A stretch of DNA of 64,000 bases from Sedimentisphaerales bacterium (GCA_963708075.1 OY970194.1:4096001-4160000), one strand, 5' to 3'. Shown: positions 23,023-34,214, counted from the stretch's first letter. Notes: generated from the sequence alone by a model not told the origin. Program-made: numbers and translations.

Positions 23023-24146
23023 GCGACCATGTTGTGGTCAGACCGGTGGTTTCGTGGCGGGATCGCAGGCGTTTTCAGCGGCTCGCCTGGTCAATTTATG
23101 CCGGCGACCTCAACTGGGTGCCGCCGATTCTCGCCCAAGAGCGCCAACTCCTGGGCTGGGGACAACATCCCTTCTTTGACAATGCGGAGATCGTAACGCT
23201 GTTGGCGGAGCGAGGTGGCCGGGTGGTGGGTCGGCTGGCGGCGATCGTCAACCACATACATAATAGCAAATACAACGAACGTCGTGGGTTCTTCGGGTTC
23301 TTCGAGTGCGTGAACGATGCAATGGTCGCTCGCTCGTTGTTCGAGGCCGCCCATGCGTGGTTGCGGCAGCGCGGGATGACGGCGGTGCGCGGGCCAGTGA
23401 ATCCGTCGCTCAATTACACCTGTGGATTGCTCGTCGATGGCTTCGATCGGCCCCCTTGCTTCCTGATGACCTACAACCCACCTTACTATGCGGCCCTGGT
23501 GGAATCCTGCGGGTTCGCCAAGTCGCAGGACATGTATGCCTATGAAATGGACATGGGCCGGTTGGCGGCATTGACGGCGCGATACAAGCCCGCGGTGCTG
23601 GCGGCGCTTGAATCGTCCAAACTGGTGTTCCGGCCGTTCGACCCGGGGAAGTATCAGCAGCAGACCGAGACGTACCTCGATATCTACAACCGTTCGCTGG
23701 AAGGCACCTGGGGCTTCACGCCTCTACAGCCGCACGAAGCACGGCACATCGCCGGCGAGCTTCGACAGGTCATCGTACCGGAGTTGGCCGTGTTTGCCGA
23801 GATTGGCGGCCAGCCGATCGGGGCGGTGCTCGCCCTCCTCGACTATAACCAGATCCTCCGCAAGCTCAATGGCCGATTGTTCCCGTTCGGCTTCGTACGC
23901 CTCTTGACCGAACGACGGCACATCACGGCGGCTCGCGTCATGGCAATCAACATGGTGCCCGGCTACCAGAGCGCGGGGCTCGGCATTGTGTTGCTGGACA
24001 ACCTGGTGGGGGCGGTGGCAAAATGGGGCATCGAGCGCTACGAGTTCTCGTGGGTTCTGGAGAGCAATGTCCGTTCCCGCGGCACCCTCGAGCGCGCCGA
24101 GACGAAGATTACCAGCACTTACCGCCTCTATGACAAAGCCTTGTGA
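23019..24146 (+). CDS. GNAT-family N-acyltransferase, bacterial ceramide synthase (bCerS)-like
   Basis: IYAGDLNWVPP, HPFF, VGRLAA, GFFGFFEC, RGPVNPS, GLLVDGF, MTYNPPYY, WGFTP, SWVLESN, YRLY. Confidence 0.75.
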   Translation: MSDHVVVRPVVSWRDRRRFQRLAWSIYAGDLNWVPPILAQERQLLGWGQHPFFDNAEIVTLLAERGGRVVGRLAAIVNHIHNSKYNERRGFFGFFECVNDAMVARSLFEAAHAWLRQRGMTAVRGPVNPSLNYTCGLLVDGFDRPPCFLMTYNPPYYAALVESCGFAKSQDMYAYEMDMGRLAALTARYKPAVLAALESSKLVFRPFDPGKYQQQTETYLDIYNRSLEGTWGFTPLQPHEARHIAGELRQVIVPELAVFAEIGGQPIGAVLALLDYNQILRKLNGRLFPFGFVRLLTERRHITAARVMAINMVPGYQSAGLGIVLLDNLVGAVAKWGIERYEFSWVLESNVRSRGTLERAETKITSTYRLYDKAL

Positions 24147-24423
24147 CGCCGACCGGGATGCGTTACGACTGAACCAGGGTCGCGCGCTGGCAGTGGATGC
24201 GTAAACGGCGGATGCCACGACCCAGCGCCCGCCACGGACTGAACTGGAGCGTGCCCCAGATGCTGAGCATGGCGTGAAGCGGGCGCAGCGACGCCTTCGG
24301 CCAGACGCTGCAGTAGCGGTTTTCGGACCGGGGCCGGAAGCGAGTCTTGAAGTGATAGATGCCCGGCGTATCAAGGATGAAGTTTAGATAGTGGTGCGCG
24401 ATCCGGATATAGGTGTGGATCAG

Positions 24424-25517
24424 TCATGGCAGCATCCTGCCCGGGTCGCCGGGAGTTCCGAGAACCCCTGGTATAGGAGCAATACGCTCAAAGCCACCCC
24501 GCTTGGCATACCATTGGGCCGTTTCGCGCAGGCGTTCAGCCAGGGCGGCCGCGGGCGACCAGCTCAGGTGTGTGCGAGCTTTCGCGGATGAGCACATCCA
24601 CGACCCGGCCAGGGCTTCAGTCATCTTGTCGCTGTTCACCCAAGCGGGGCGCTGCCGGATCCGCCCTATCGCGTCACCGCAGAGCCCAGCCAGTCGCACC
24701 AGTGGCCCGGGCAGGTGTACTACGACGGTGCACGCTTCTTTCCCAATGCTGTGGCCATTACCTGTCCGAGTTCGGCGTATGTCGGATAGTCATCCGCTGC
24801 CATGAAGTAGATGCCTTGCCCAGGCGATCCATTGGGGTGCAGGCGCTCGCCTTTCTCGGCTGCAAGGAGCAAACCCTCGACCAGGTCGGCTACGTGGATC
24901 AGCGAGAAGCATCGCTCGTCCAGACCCGGCACAACATGGATACCCCAGCGTGCGATCGGCCGGAACATTTTAAGCATGCCCCTGTCACCGGGACCAAAGA
25001 CCATCGGCGGACGTACAATACTGATCGGCACCGCTGTGGCATATCTGGCTGTGGCCTGTTCTCCGGCCAGCTTGCTGCAACCGTAAGCTGAAACAGGCAT
25101 CGGCGCATCGCTTTCTACCCGAGGTCGGCCAACGGCGCAAGGCCCCGCTGCGGCCAGCGAGGACACCACTACTAACACCGGCTTGTCAGTGCAGTCAGCG
25201 CAGGCGGCAGCGACGGATTCGATACCACCTGCGTTCACACGCAGGAAATCGTCTGTCCGCAGCGCCTTCGTCAGCCCGGCCAGGTGGAACACAATACCGG
25301 CCTGCGACACCGCCAGTGCCCGTCCAATGCTGGCCCCATCGGTCACATCGCCAGTGACCAACTGAGCGCCGGCCGACCTCAGATCCTCGATGCACGAGGT
25401 GGCTCGCACCAGACATGACACCCGATCGCCAAGCTCGGTCAGCCGTTGTACCAGGTGCCGCCCGATGAAGCCACTGGCCCCTGTCACCAGCACGGGTTTT
25501 GGAACCCTATTGTTCAT
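24424..25517 (-). CDS. NAD-dependent epimerase/dehydratase (extended SDR); one-base frameshift near 24730
   Basis: VLVTGASGFIG, HLAG, VSSLAA, YGCSK, RPPMVFGPGD, HVADL; C-terminus (...LRETAQWY) continues in the 24424-24699 frame. Confidence 0.88.
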
Positions 25518-26070
25518 AGTCGTATAAGACACCTTTCAAAGGGCGTCAAGTGCTTGGTGTTGCGAGCTTAGTCTGATACCATATCGTCTTGCTGACCACG
25601 AGGCACGGGCCGCGAGGGACCATGAACGTACACCCTCGGGCTCTGGGACAGTCGCACCGGGGTTTAGAGAGAGGCAAAGATGTTGAAGTCTGCTCATGCG
25701 AAGCACTTTAGCCACACTCGTCCATGGGCTTCGGTTCCCCCGACCCCTCGCTCGTCCAGTGCGGCTATGACTCCAATGCATTTGCAGAGCCCGCCCGAAC
25801 CCGCGGGCTTTGTGAAAGCCTCTCCGCCCCATTCCTTGTAAAAAGGTAGCTCGTCGAGAACGGCCGTCATACAACCGGAAAACCACGGACAGATTGATTG
25901 CTGTGGCACTCATCTCCATTCCCGTACTTCGAGGTTTGCATTACAGGTATGTCCGCATAGCCGCATAGACTGTCGAACAGATGTTTACTCTCGTCTCGAC
26001 ACTCCCCCCGATTCCTCGACGTGTTGTGCGAAAAGCGCCCTGTTGGCTCATTAGGCGCCATTCGAATGGG

Positions 26071-26430
26071 TCAACGCGCTGCCAACTTCGCCGGTCCTGA
26101 TCTCACATCGCCGTCAAGACAGGGTTTTTTGGAGGGACATGTGATCGCTTCCAGCGCCCCATCTATCGCTCCGTCCAACCGATCTGCGATCTCGTAGGTG
26201 CCCTCGGTAATCTGACGACGGATGCTCAGCACTTTGCCTCGCCGGATGTGGGGCGAGCATGCGATCCTCTTCAACACCCCCTCCCAAGGCGTGCTACTCA
26301 TATTCTCAAGGATCTGCTCCATCAATCCATCGTCGTTTGGCGAAGCATCACGCCCTTGGTTGTTTCCTGCGTCCTGCGATTTACGGCGACCTGTGGATTG
26401 CAGCCTCGGCATCTCGAATAGTGTTGCCAT
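26071..26430 (-). CDS. FlgM-like (anti-sigma-28 C-terminal domain) protein
   Basis: PHIRRGKVLSIRRQITEGTYEIADRLD; RBS GAGG; no flagellar genes nearby. Confidence 0.6.
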   Translation of the reverse strand: MATLFEMPRLQSTGRRKSQDAGNNQGRDASPNDDGLMEQILENMSSTPWEGVLKRIACSPHIRRGKVLSIRRQITEGTYEIADRLDGAIDGALEAITCPSKKPCLDGDVRSGPAKLAAR

Positions 26431-26589
26431 AATTGCCTCTTAGCTTATCATCCAAATGTGTGGTTCGCGGCCTGATCCCACAATACCTTGTAGCCCATCC
26501 AAATCCGCCCCCTGGGCCCAAAATCAACTCAGCAGCGAGAGTGCAAAGCATAGAACACAGCCATTCTCTATCCTTTTCTCTTTTGGCTT

Positions 26590-26609
26590 TCTATGGGGTA
26601 TAACCCTAC
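26590..26609 (-). promoter_or_regulatory. Motif site GTAGGGTTATACCCCATAGA upstream of the FlgM-like gene
   Basis: Exact reverse-strand copy; weaker site at ~26622-26640. Confidence 0.75.
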
Positions 26610-27027
26610 CAGGGACTGTTTTATAGGATGTATCCCCACCGGGTGAGCGGTCCGGACTCAAAGCCCCGGCCATGACTCTGTCCGCATGACGTGACGAATC
26701 GGCAGGCTTGGCCGTCACTCCATCGCTCATCACGGGCGGCTGTCACTCCAACGCGTCGGTCAGCCAGCGGCGAACCCGTCGCCAATTGAAGACGAGAACC
26801 CCCGCGTTGTCTCGCTGCGTCTCCCTTGCCAAAGAAACGCGGGGCTCTTCGTTGCGCTGAGCAGCATGAAACCCCCGATAGAGAAGAGAACTGACTTCGT
26901 CGCTTTACAGGCAATCACTTCCGGACGGCGGGCAACCCAAGCTCGTTGGGCTTTCGTCAACCTGTCCAGTTCGTCGCACTTTTGCGGCTGGGGGGCCCTT
27001 TTCGGGGAGTGCATCCAACAAGTCCAG

Positions 27028-27072
27028 GTAGGGTTACACCCCACAGACGGGAAACGACCCACGACGTAGTAT
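27028..27072 (+). promoter_or_regulatory. Motif site GTAGGGTTACACCCCACAGA with CAGACG-17 nt-TAGTAT
   Basis: Motif 27028-27047; leader homologous to those after 5501 and 10568. Confidence 0.8.
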
Positions 27073-27148
27073 ATCTGAAAGGATAGGGCGAAGAACGCAG
27101 CAAAGGAACAAAGTGTGAAGCGTGTTATGATTCTTGAAGGAAGATTCC

Positions 27149-27427
27149 ATGAGTAAGTACATGACTCAGTCGAAAACGACGCAGATGTCCGCAATGCAAC
27201 AGGGGCACAAAGCCTCGCATCCCGGGCCGGCTGCTGCTGCCATGCCTACGCACAAAGAAATTGCCAAGCGGGCATATGAGATTTACGTCGAGAGGGATTG
27301 CCGGCAGGGCCAAAGTGAACTGAACTGGCTGCAAGCCGAACAGGAGTTGAAGAACCAAGAGAACTGGCTGCAATCCGGACCAGATATGGAAAACCAAGAC
27401 CAGGTTGGGGACCCTGCGGCCTATTGA
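27149..27427 (+). CDS. DUF2934-domain protein (copy 2)
   Basis: Near-identical to 11810-12049 with a different C-terminus. Confidence 0.85.
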   Translation: MSKYMTQSKTTQMSAMQQGHKASHPGPAAAAMPTHKEIAKRAYEIYVERDCRQGQSELNWLQAEQELKNQENWLQSGPDMENQDQVGDPAAY

Positions 27428-27504
27428 ACCATACAGGCGGGGCCACGCGTGACGTCCACGGCAGTGGCCTCCGTCGTTATTGAGAACATCGAAAGGAGTC
27501 TATC

Positions 27505-27669
27505 ATGGGATTTATACTATTACTTGTGTTGATCGTGCTGCTCTTGGGTGGCCTGCCCAGGTGGGGCTACAGCCGCAATTGGGGTTATGCCCCCAGCAGC
27601 GTCTTGGGGCTGCTATTGGCGGTCGTGCTGTTGCTCCTACTTATGGGGTACATCCCCCGCAGCTTCTGA
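27505..27669 (+). CDS. DUF3309-family small membrane protein (copy 2)
   Basis: MGFILLLVLIVLLLGGLPRWGYSRNWGYAPSS...; RBS AAGGAG. Confidence 0.88.
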   Translation: MGFILLLVLIVLLLGGLPRWGYSRNWGYAPSSVLGLLLAVVLLLLLMGYIPRSF

Positions 27670-27724
27670 GCCGCTGGTCCCTGACTCGGCTAAAACTCTA
27701 TCCAGACTCATTGGTGGTATATTT

Positions 27725-27961
27725 ATGGCACGCATGCTTCTCGCGCTCGTTCTGATCGTGGCCGTTGTCGCCGGCCTGGGCTTCTACATGGGGTGGTTCC
27801 ATTTCTCGTCGGGCAGCGACAGCAACAGTGCGCACGTCACTATGTCGATGGACAAAGGCCAAATCCAAAAGGACAAGGACAAAGCGGTGGACAAGGTGCA
27901 AGACCTGGGACAACAAGCGAAGGACAAGGTCGCAACGACGACCCCGAAAGGTCAGGAATAG
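27725..27961 (+). CDS. Hypothetical single-TM small protein
   Basis: MARMLLALVLIVAVVAGLGFYMGWF followed by a K/D/Q-rich helical tail. Confidence 0.7.
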   Translation: MARMLLALVLIVAVVAGLGFYMGWFHFSSGSDSNSAHVTMSMDKGQIQKDKDKAVDKVQDLGQQAKDKVATTTPKGQE

Positions 27962-28094
27962 GCCGCCTCCCTCGTGTTCCGTTTGCAGTACGATCCGCTC
28001 ACCAACAACCTCATGGGGGAAGTACGGATCCGTCGGGACGCCATGGTCGCCGCTTGGCCAAAGTGGCGGAACTCGAAAGCCGGGAGGCACCCTA

Positions 28095-28187
28095 ATGAAG
28101 AACAATCCTCTGACGATATTGGGAACGCTGAGCCAATCCATCCGGCTGGACTACATCCGGCGAGATCTGACCGCCAGCGGCGGGCTT
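28095..28187 (+). pseudogene. tal: Transaldolase N-terminal remnant
   Basis: MKNNPLTILGTLSQSIRLDYIRRDL resembles the GQSIWLD.I.R start of transaldolases; RBS GGAGG; rest missing. Confidence 0.65.
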
Positions 28188-28230
28188 CCACCAAAAGCGA
28201 CCGTTTACCCGGGCTCAGTTTCGGCACTTC

Positions 28231-28524
28231 ATGTTCGCGCAATCGAAACCTTACCCCGAGATGATCGCGCTGGTCGCTCAGCTCAAGGCCCGGCACGGGC
28301 TGAAGGTCGCCGTGGTCAGCAACGAAGGGCGCGAACTGAATGCGTATCGGATTCGCAAGTTCAAACTGAACGGGTTTGTGGATTCCTTTATTTCCTCCTG
28401 CTTCGTCCAAGTCGCGGAAGGTCTGGGGATTCGAAGCATTCTTCACACGGATTACAGGTCCACGTGCGCCAAACTGGCTTCGTTCGGACTACAGAATGAC
28501 GAAGGAGTCAGCCATGCCCGTTGA
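28231..28524 (+). pseudogene. HAD-family phosphatase remnant
   Basis: LKVAVVSNEGRELN...FISSCFV joined straight to [13 protein letters not shown]; DxxG N-terminus and KP motif absent. Confidence 0.65.
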
Positions 28525-29485
28525 ATTCAAGGACTACTACGACGTCCTCGGTGTGGCTCGAGACGCGAGCGGCGAGGAAATCAAGAAGGCATTCCGAAAG
28601 CTCGCCCACAAGTATCACCCTGACGTTGCCAAAGATAAGATCACGGGCGAGGCAAAGTTCAAGGAAATCAACGAGGCCAACGAAGTCCTCAGCGACCCGG
28701 AGAAACGGCGAAAGTATGATCAGTTGGGAGCAAACTGGAACCATCCGGAACGGCAGCCGCCGCCACCGCGGGGGGGATTCGGTGGAGGTTACGAAGAGGC
28801 TTCGGAAGTCCATTTCGATGGCACGGGCTTCAGCGATTTCTTCGAGCAGTTCTTCGGCAGTCGCGGTCGTCCATCCGGTGGTTTCGGCCAAACACGGGGG
28901 GATGTCACGGGAGGAGGGACCGTCGCCCAGCGCGGCCAGGATATTGAGGCCGACATCCTGGTGACGCTGGACGAGATCCTGCATGGTTCGACGCGCACGA
29001 TCCAACTGCAGCGTGCCGATCCACGCACCGGGCAATCGGTCAAGCAGACTCTGCGGGTGAAAATCCCACCCGGCGTTCGGGAAACGCAGCTCATCCGTCT
29101 CGCGGGCAAAGGCCAGGAAGGCATTGGCGGAGGCGACTCGGGAAACCTGTATTTGAGGGTGAAATTCGCCCAGCACCCCGATTTCCGTGTGCGCGGCGCC
29201 GACCTGTATTACGATTTGGATCTGGCCCCGTGGGAAGCGGTGCTGGGTACTACCGTCCACATCCCCACTGTGGATGGAACGGTGTCCTTGAAAATCCCGG
29301 CGGGCACCATGGCTGAACGGCAATTACGTTTACGCGGGAAAGGTTTGCCCACGAGCAACGGAGCACGGGGCGATCTGTATGCCGTCGTGTCCATCCAGGT
29401 CCCGGTGCATCTGACGCCGGAACAAAAAGTCCTCTGGGAACAGTTGGCCACAAGATCGACCTTCAACCCGAGGCAACTCTCATGA
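28514..29485 (+). CDS. cbpA: DnaJ-class chaperone, CbpA-like
   Basis: [22 protein letters not shown], DnaJ_C domain, no zinc finger. Confidence 0.88.
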   Translation: MPVEFKDYYDVLGVARDASGEEIKKAFRKLAHKYHPDVAKDKITGEAKFKEINEANEVLSDPEKRRKYDQLGANWNHPERQPPPPRGGFGGGYEEASEVHFDGTGFSDFFEQFFGSRGRPSGGFGQTRGDVTGGGTVAQRGQDIEADILVTLDEILHGSTRTIQLQRADPRTGQSVKQTLRVKIPPGVRETQLIRLAGKGQEGIGGGDSGNLYLRVKFAQHPDFRVRGADLYYDLDLAPWEAVLGTTVHIPTVDGTVSLKIPAGTMAERQLRLRGKGLPTSNGARGDLYAVVSIQVPVHLTPEQKVLWEQLATRSTFNPRQLS

Positions 29486-29524
29486 GCAAGCGATTTGTTC
29501 CGGACAGCCCCCCCACCCCTGGCG

Positions 29525-29935
29525 ATGGAGTTGTTTCAGCCGCAGCCAAACGTTTTGTACAACCTCGATGCGACTGCACATCTCGCGGGTGTCCCACGCC
29601 GTTCCATTCTGATCTATTGTCGCGCCGGCCTTGTACGACCTGTCGTTCAACCGCCGTATGGGGTGATGGGATTCACGGAAGAGGCGATTTATACCATGCG
29701 GCGAATCGAGGGCTTGCGAACCGTTTACGGCCTCGATTTAGCCTGGATCAAAACCATGTTCGATCTGCTCGACGAGGTGGAGCGCCTGCGCCGAGTTGCG
29801 CTTTTTGCGCAGCCATTGACAAGGCGAACATACACGAGGCTTATACTCTATGGCGACGAAACTCGACCAAACCTGTGTCTTGGCGATCAACGGCGGCTCG
29901 TCGAGCATCAGGTTCGCTCTGTACGAGGTGGGTGA
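29525..29935 (+). CDS. CbpM / MerR-like chaperone modulator
   Basis: Follows cbpA; AHLAGV...YCRAGLVRP...RRIEGLR...LLDEVERLR; 3' end reads into ackA. Confidence 0.7.
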   Translation: MELFQPQPNVLYNLDATAHLAGVPRRSILIYCRAGLVRPVVQPPYGVMGFTEEAIYTMRRIEGLRTVYGLDLAWIKTMFDLLDEVERLRRVALFAQPLTRRTYTRLILYGDETRPNLCLGDQRRLVEHQVRSVRGG

Positions 29936-31130
29936 GGCGCTGGAGCAAAGGCTTCATGGGAAGGTTGACCGCATCGGCCTGAGCGGGACGAATCTAACGT
30001 TTCATGACCCGGATGGCAAGCCGCAGGCCAGTTGCAGCCTCGCCGCCGCCGATCACAAATCGGCCGCGAGTTTCCTGATTGATTGGTTTGAAGGGCAGAA
30101 GGCCTTCGCTTCGGTCAAGGCTGTGGGACACCGAGTGGTGCATGGCATGACGCATTCCGAGCCGGAACGGGTCACGCCGGGGTTGATTGATGAATTGCAT
30201 CGTATCACGCCGTATGACCCGGATCATTTGCCCCGCGAGATTGAACTGATTGAGGCGTTCCGCCAGCGTCATCCGAAACTGCCCCAGGTGGCCTGTTTTG
30301 ACACGGCGTTTCATCACACCATGCCGCGTGTCGCCAAGTTGCTGCCGATTCCGCGACGCTTCGACACAAAAGGAGTCAAGCGCTACGGTTTTCACGGTTT
30401 GTCCTATGCCTATCTGATGGAAGAACTCGCGCGCCTCGGCGACCCGGCGGCAACGACTGGCCGTGTGATCCTCGCGCATCTCGGCAATGGCGCCAGCCTG
30501 GCTGCCGTGCGTGACGGCAAAAGCATCGATACCAGCATGGGCTTCACGCCCACGGCAGGATTGGTGATGAGCACCCGCTCCGGCGATTTGGATCCTGGCC
30601 TGGCGCCGTATCTGGCGCGAACTGAGCAGATGACCACAGAACAGTTTTACGAAATGGTGAACCACGAGTCCGGGCTGCTCGGCGTTTCGGAGACCAGTTC
30701 CGACATGCGGGACCTGCTCGCGCGGGAAGCCGATGACGTGCGTGCGGCGGAAGCCGTGGCGATGTTCTGCTACCAGGCGAAGAAATGGATCGGCTCCTTC
30801 GCCGCCGCGCTCGGTGGATTGGACACGCTCGTCTTCGCGGGAGGTATCGGCGAAAATGCGCCACTCGTCCGCGCTCGCATTTGTGAAGGGTTGAGCTTCC
30901 TCGGCATTGAACTGAATGAGTCGCGCAACGCGGAAACTGCGGGGGTGATTTCCACGGACGCCAGCCGGGTTGCGGTCCGCGTCATTCGCACGGACGAAGA
31001 ACTGATGATCGCCCGCTCGGCGTGCCGTGTATTCCGACTTGGCATGGCCAGTGAAAGAGGGAATTCCGACCATGCAACGAAATACATCTGTCGGCTGGAT
31101 CCGTTGTCAGAGGGCGGTGTGCCCCCATAA
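29850..31130 (+). CDS. ackA: Acetate/propionate kinase
   Basis: INGGSSS, GHRVVHG, FDTAFH, RYGFHG, HLGNGAS, TSMGFTP, FAGGIGEN, TDEE. Confidence 0.95.
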   Translation: MATKLDQTCVLAINGGSSSIRFALYEVGEALEQRLHGKVDRIGLSGTNLTFHDPDGKPQASCSLAAADHKSAASFLIDWFEGQKAFASVKAVGHRVVHGMTHSEPERVTPGLIDELHRITPYDPDHLPREIELIEAFRQRHPKLPQVACFDTAFHHTMPRVAKLLPIPRRFDTKGVKRYGFHGLSYAYLMEELARLGDPAATTGRVILAHLGNGASLAAVRDGKSIDTSMGFTPTAGLVMSTRSGDLDPGLAPYLARTEQMTTEQFYEMVNHESGLLGVSETSSDMRDLLAREADDVRAAEAVAMFCYQAKKWIGSFAAALGGLDTLVFAGGIGENAPLVRARICEGLSFLGIELNESRNAETAGVISTDASRVAVRVIRTDEELMIARSACRVFRLGMASERGNSDHATKYICRLDPLSEGGVPP

Positions 31131-31136
31131 TCCACG

Positions 31137-31181
31137 GTAGGTGTATACCCCATAACGAAGCCGCCCCGGCCGGCGCAATAT
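31137..31181 (+). promoter_or_regulatory. Variant motif site GTAGGTGTATACCCCATAAC with -10 CAATAT
   Basis: Motif 31137-31156; second partial site ~25 nt upstream (ggtgtgcccccataa); upstream of the copper module. Confidence 0.6.
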
Positions 31182-31253
31182 AGGTGATGGCACCAGCCTC
31201 AGCCGGACGCCAACAGCAAACAAGAACGAAAAACATAAAGAAAGGAATAGTAC

Positions 31254-31715
31254 ATGAAGAACCACACGACTACGAACCTCGTCATCTGTTCAAGCCTGGC
31301 ACTGGCCTTGGCCCTGGTCATCTGGTCTCCAGTCCAAGTGCGATCCGCCGAGCCTGCGGAGCGGAAGAACGTGACGGAGGCCAAAATGATGGAACGCTGC
31401 CAGGCGATGAAGGAACAGAAACAGAAAATGATGGCAGAAATGAAGACGCAGGACGCCGAACTCACCGCGCAGGTCGCCAAGATGAACAGCGCGCCGGAGG
31501 ACAAGAAGTTAGACCTGATAGCCGCCGTGGTCACCCGCATGGTGGAGCAGCGGACTGCCATGAATGTGCGAATGGCAAAGATGCAGGAGGAGATGATGCA
31601 GCACATGATGCAGCACATGCAGATGGGCAAGGAATCCATGTCGCAGTGCCCGATGATGAAGGGCATGAAGGACATGGACGAAAAATCGGGGGCTGGTCAA
31701 AAAGAACAGAAATGA
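31254..31715 (+). CDS. Exported Met-rich helical protein (possibly copper-binding)
   Basis: Signal peptide; MMQHMMQHMQM, CPMMKGM; upstream of copA. Confidence 0.7.
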   Translation: MKNHTTTNLVICSSLALALALVIWSPVQVRSAEPAERKNVTEAKMMERCQAMKEQKQKMMAEMKTQDAELTAQVAKMNSAPEDKKLDLIAAVVTRMVEQRTAMNVRMAKMQEEMMQHMMQHMQMGKESMSQCPMMKGMKDMDEKSGAGQKEQK

Positions 31716-31853
31716 TTGCTGAGCACCACGATGCCCTGCGACGAACGGTTGCTGCGGGGCATCGTGGCGGCTACATCAAGTGACACGCCTGCCTCCGGTC
31801 ACGGCCTGGATTGTCTGGTGGTGGGCTGGTCGCTGCGCAACGAAAAGTGCTTT

Positions 31854-31967
31854 ATGATGAATCATACAGACGGATGGATGGGCGGAGGGATGTGGATTTG
31901 GGCGGTGATCAGCGTAGCGGTGGTGGCCCTGCTGGTCGTCGTGATTATCAAGCTGTACAAGAAATAA
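31854..31967 (+). CDS. Small membrane protein
   Basis: MMNHTDGWMGGGMWIWAVISVAVVALLVVVIIKLYKK. Confidence 0.55.
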   Translation: MMNHTDGWMGGGMWIWAVISVAVVALLVVVIIKLYKK

Positions 31968-32021
31968 TCGAGCGTTCACGATCCACCTGTGAAGTAAACC
32001 GTTCGCCATAAAGGAGAACCG

Positions 32022-32414
32022 ATGCTAGTCAAATTATCCACGGACAAAACCGTGAGTGAAGCTGCGGCTGCCTTGCAGACCGCCGTCCAGGCCAATCACT
32101 TTGGTGTCATGCAGGTTCACAATCTCAAAGAGACCATGGCGAAGAAGGGTGTGGAGTTCGCCCGCGAATGTCTGATCTTCGAGGTCTGTCAGCCGCAACA
32201 AGCGAAGAAGGTGCTCGATCAGGACATGAGCGTCTCAACCGCACTGCCATGCCGGATCTCCATTTATGAGGAGGGCGGTAAGACCATTCTGGCTACTTTG
32301 AAGCCAACCACTCTTCTGGCGATGTTCAACGCGCCGCAACTGGAAGGGGTGGCGCAGGAAGTGGAGGCCACCATTTTGAAGATCATGACAGCGGCCGCTC
32401 AGGAAGCCAAATAA
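32022..32414 (+). CDS. DUF302-domain protein
   Basis: FGVMQVHNLKETM, IFEVCQP, ALPCRISIYE. Confidence 0.9.
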   Translation: MLVKLSTDKTVSEAAAALQTAVQANHFGVMQVHNLKETMAKKGVEFARECLIFEVCQPQQAKKVLDQDMSVSTALPCRISIYEEGGKTILATLKPTTLLAMFNAPQLEGVAQEVEATILKIMTAAAQEAK

Positions 32415-32475
32415 AACGGGGTATTTGCATTATCCAACATACATAGATGAAGCACCCCCCAAGGAGAGTAACTAT

Positions 32476-33060
32476 ATGAAAACTTCCGTCAAGAATGGGC
32501 TCATCTTTGGAGCGGGTTTTTTGGCCTGTGTTCTGCTCACGTTCATTGTCCCGCTGCTGGTCATGGACATAGGGATGATGGACATGTCCGCCAGCGCCAA
32601 GCCGGGACTGCTTGAAAAGATATTCGCACCCTGGGCTTTCACCAATTCCATGGAGAAACGGGCGCCCGAAGCGAAAAACCCGTTTGCGAATGACCCGTCC
32701 GTGCTGGCTTCCGGCATGGCCCATTACCGGGAAAACTGCGTCCTCTGCCACGGGGCGCCCAATGTCAAACCTGCCGAGCTGGCGGCAGGACTCAATCCTC
32801 CAGTACCCGAGCTCTATACCGATGATGCGCAGTCTCTTTCTGACGGCAAGCTTTTCTGGATCATCAAGAATGGAATCCGGATGACCGGCATGCCGGCCTT
32901 TGGCGAAACCCATAGTGACGAGGAAATCTGGCATATCGTCACCTTTGTACGCCATTTGCCCAATATCACCGATGCGGAAAGAGAAACGCTCAAGCCCGCG
33001 GCCAGTGATATGGAGCACCATCATGAAGGGATGGACATGAACGCCGAGATTGTGAAGTAG
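32476..33060 (+). CDS. Membrane-anchored monoheme c-type cytochrome
   Basis: CVLCH, FWIIKNGIRMTGMPAF. Confidence 0.9.
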   Translation: MKTSVKNGLIFGAGFLACVLLTFIVPLLVMDIGMMDMSASAKPGLLEKIFAPWAFTNSMEKRAPEAKNPFANDPSVLASGMAHYRENCVLCHGAPNVKPAELAAGLNPPVPELYTDDAQSLSDGKLFWIIKNGIRMTGMPAFGETHSDEEIWHIVTFVRHLPNITDAERETLKPAASDMEHHHEGMDMNAEIVK

Positions 33061-33161
33061 AGAGCGCTCAGAAAAAACCTCTAACCGGGGCGGGGGACGG
33101 CTGCGGTCCAGTCTCCCGTTTCGAAACCAAGACCGCACCCGCAGAAGAAGAAGGAATCCAA

Positions 33162-34214
33162 ATGAAGAAACGCATAGTCATAATCGGACTGCTGGGCCTG
33201 GCGCTCGGCGTCTGGCGGCTGCCGATCGTATCGGCAGCGGAGGGCTTTGTTTATACCGCCAATGAACGCGGAAACTCCATCAGCGCGATTGATGTTGGCA
33301 CCGGGCAGGTCAGAACTATTGTCACGCGCATCACACCGCATAATGTCCAGGTGTCGCGCGATGGCCGGCTATTGCTCGCCGTCGGCCCGGTCGCCAATAT
33401 GACCGATATGACCGCAAATCAATCTCCAATGAAGATGACAGATGCCGGCAAGATGGCCCGAGGCAGGCTTTTGATCATCGACGCCGAGACGCTTGCCGTC
33501 GAGAGCGCGGCGGATGTGGAAATAGGCCGTCATCCTGCACATGTCATCATCGATGCACAGGGCAAACTGGCTTACGTGACGAATTCCGAGGATGACAATG
33601 TCCTTGTCGTTGATGTGGTACAGAAGAAAGTGGCCGGCGAGATCAAGACCGGCAAATTCCCGCACGGTCTGCGCATGAGTCCGAACGGGCGTGAAATCTA
33701 TGTCGCCAACGTCAACGATAACAGCGTCTCGGTAATAGACGTCGCCCTATCTAAGGAAGTGACACGCATACCGGTTGGCAAAGCGCCGGTTCAGGTTGGC
33801 TTCACGCCGGATGGTGGTCGGGTCTATGTCTCCTTGCGAGATGAGAACAACGTCGCCGTGATCGACACGGCTCAGCGTAAAAAGATCGCTACTATCGCAG
33901 TCGGACACAATCCGATTCAGGTCTTTGTCACGCCGGACGGACATTACGTCTATGTCGCAAATCAGGGTACGGAAGCCGATCCGGACAACACCGTGTCGGT
34001 GATAGAGACAGCCAATAACAGCGTGGTTGCCACCATCGTGACCGGAAAAGGTGCGCATGGCGTCGTGGTAAGCGATGATGGAAAGCGCGCCTTCGTCGCC
34101 AACATCGTGGACGAAACGGTGTCGGTGATAGATACGGCGACCCAAAAAGTGACTCAAAACATCAAGGTTGGCAAGGGACCGAACGGAATTACGTTCAGGC
34201 GCGCGAATCGTTGA
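33162..34214 (+). CDS. YVTN/YncE beta-propeller protein
   Basis: Signal peptide; repeated YVTN/YVAN...VSVID...I.VG..P. Confidence 0.9.
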   Translation: MKKRIVIIGLLGLALGVWRLPIVSAAEGFVYTANERGNSISAIDVGTGQVRTIVTRITPHNVQVSRDGRLLLAVGPVANMTDMTANQSPMKMTDAGKMARGRLLIIDAETLAVESAADVEIGRHPAHVIIDAQGKLAYVTNSEDDNVLVVDVVQKKVAGEIKTGKFPHGLRMSPNGREIYVANVNDNSVSVIDVALSKEVTRIPVGKAPVQVGFTPDGGRVYVSLRDENNVAVIDTAQRKKIATIAVGHNPIQVFVTPDGHYVYVANQGTEADPDNTVSVIETANNSVVATIVTGKGAHGVVVSDDGKRAFVANIVDETVSVIDTATQKVTQNIKVGKGPNGITFRRANR

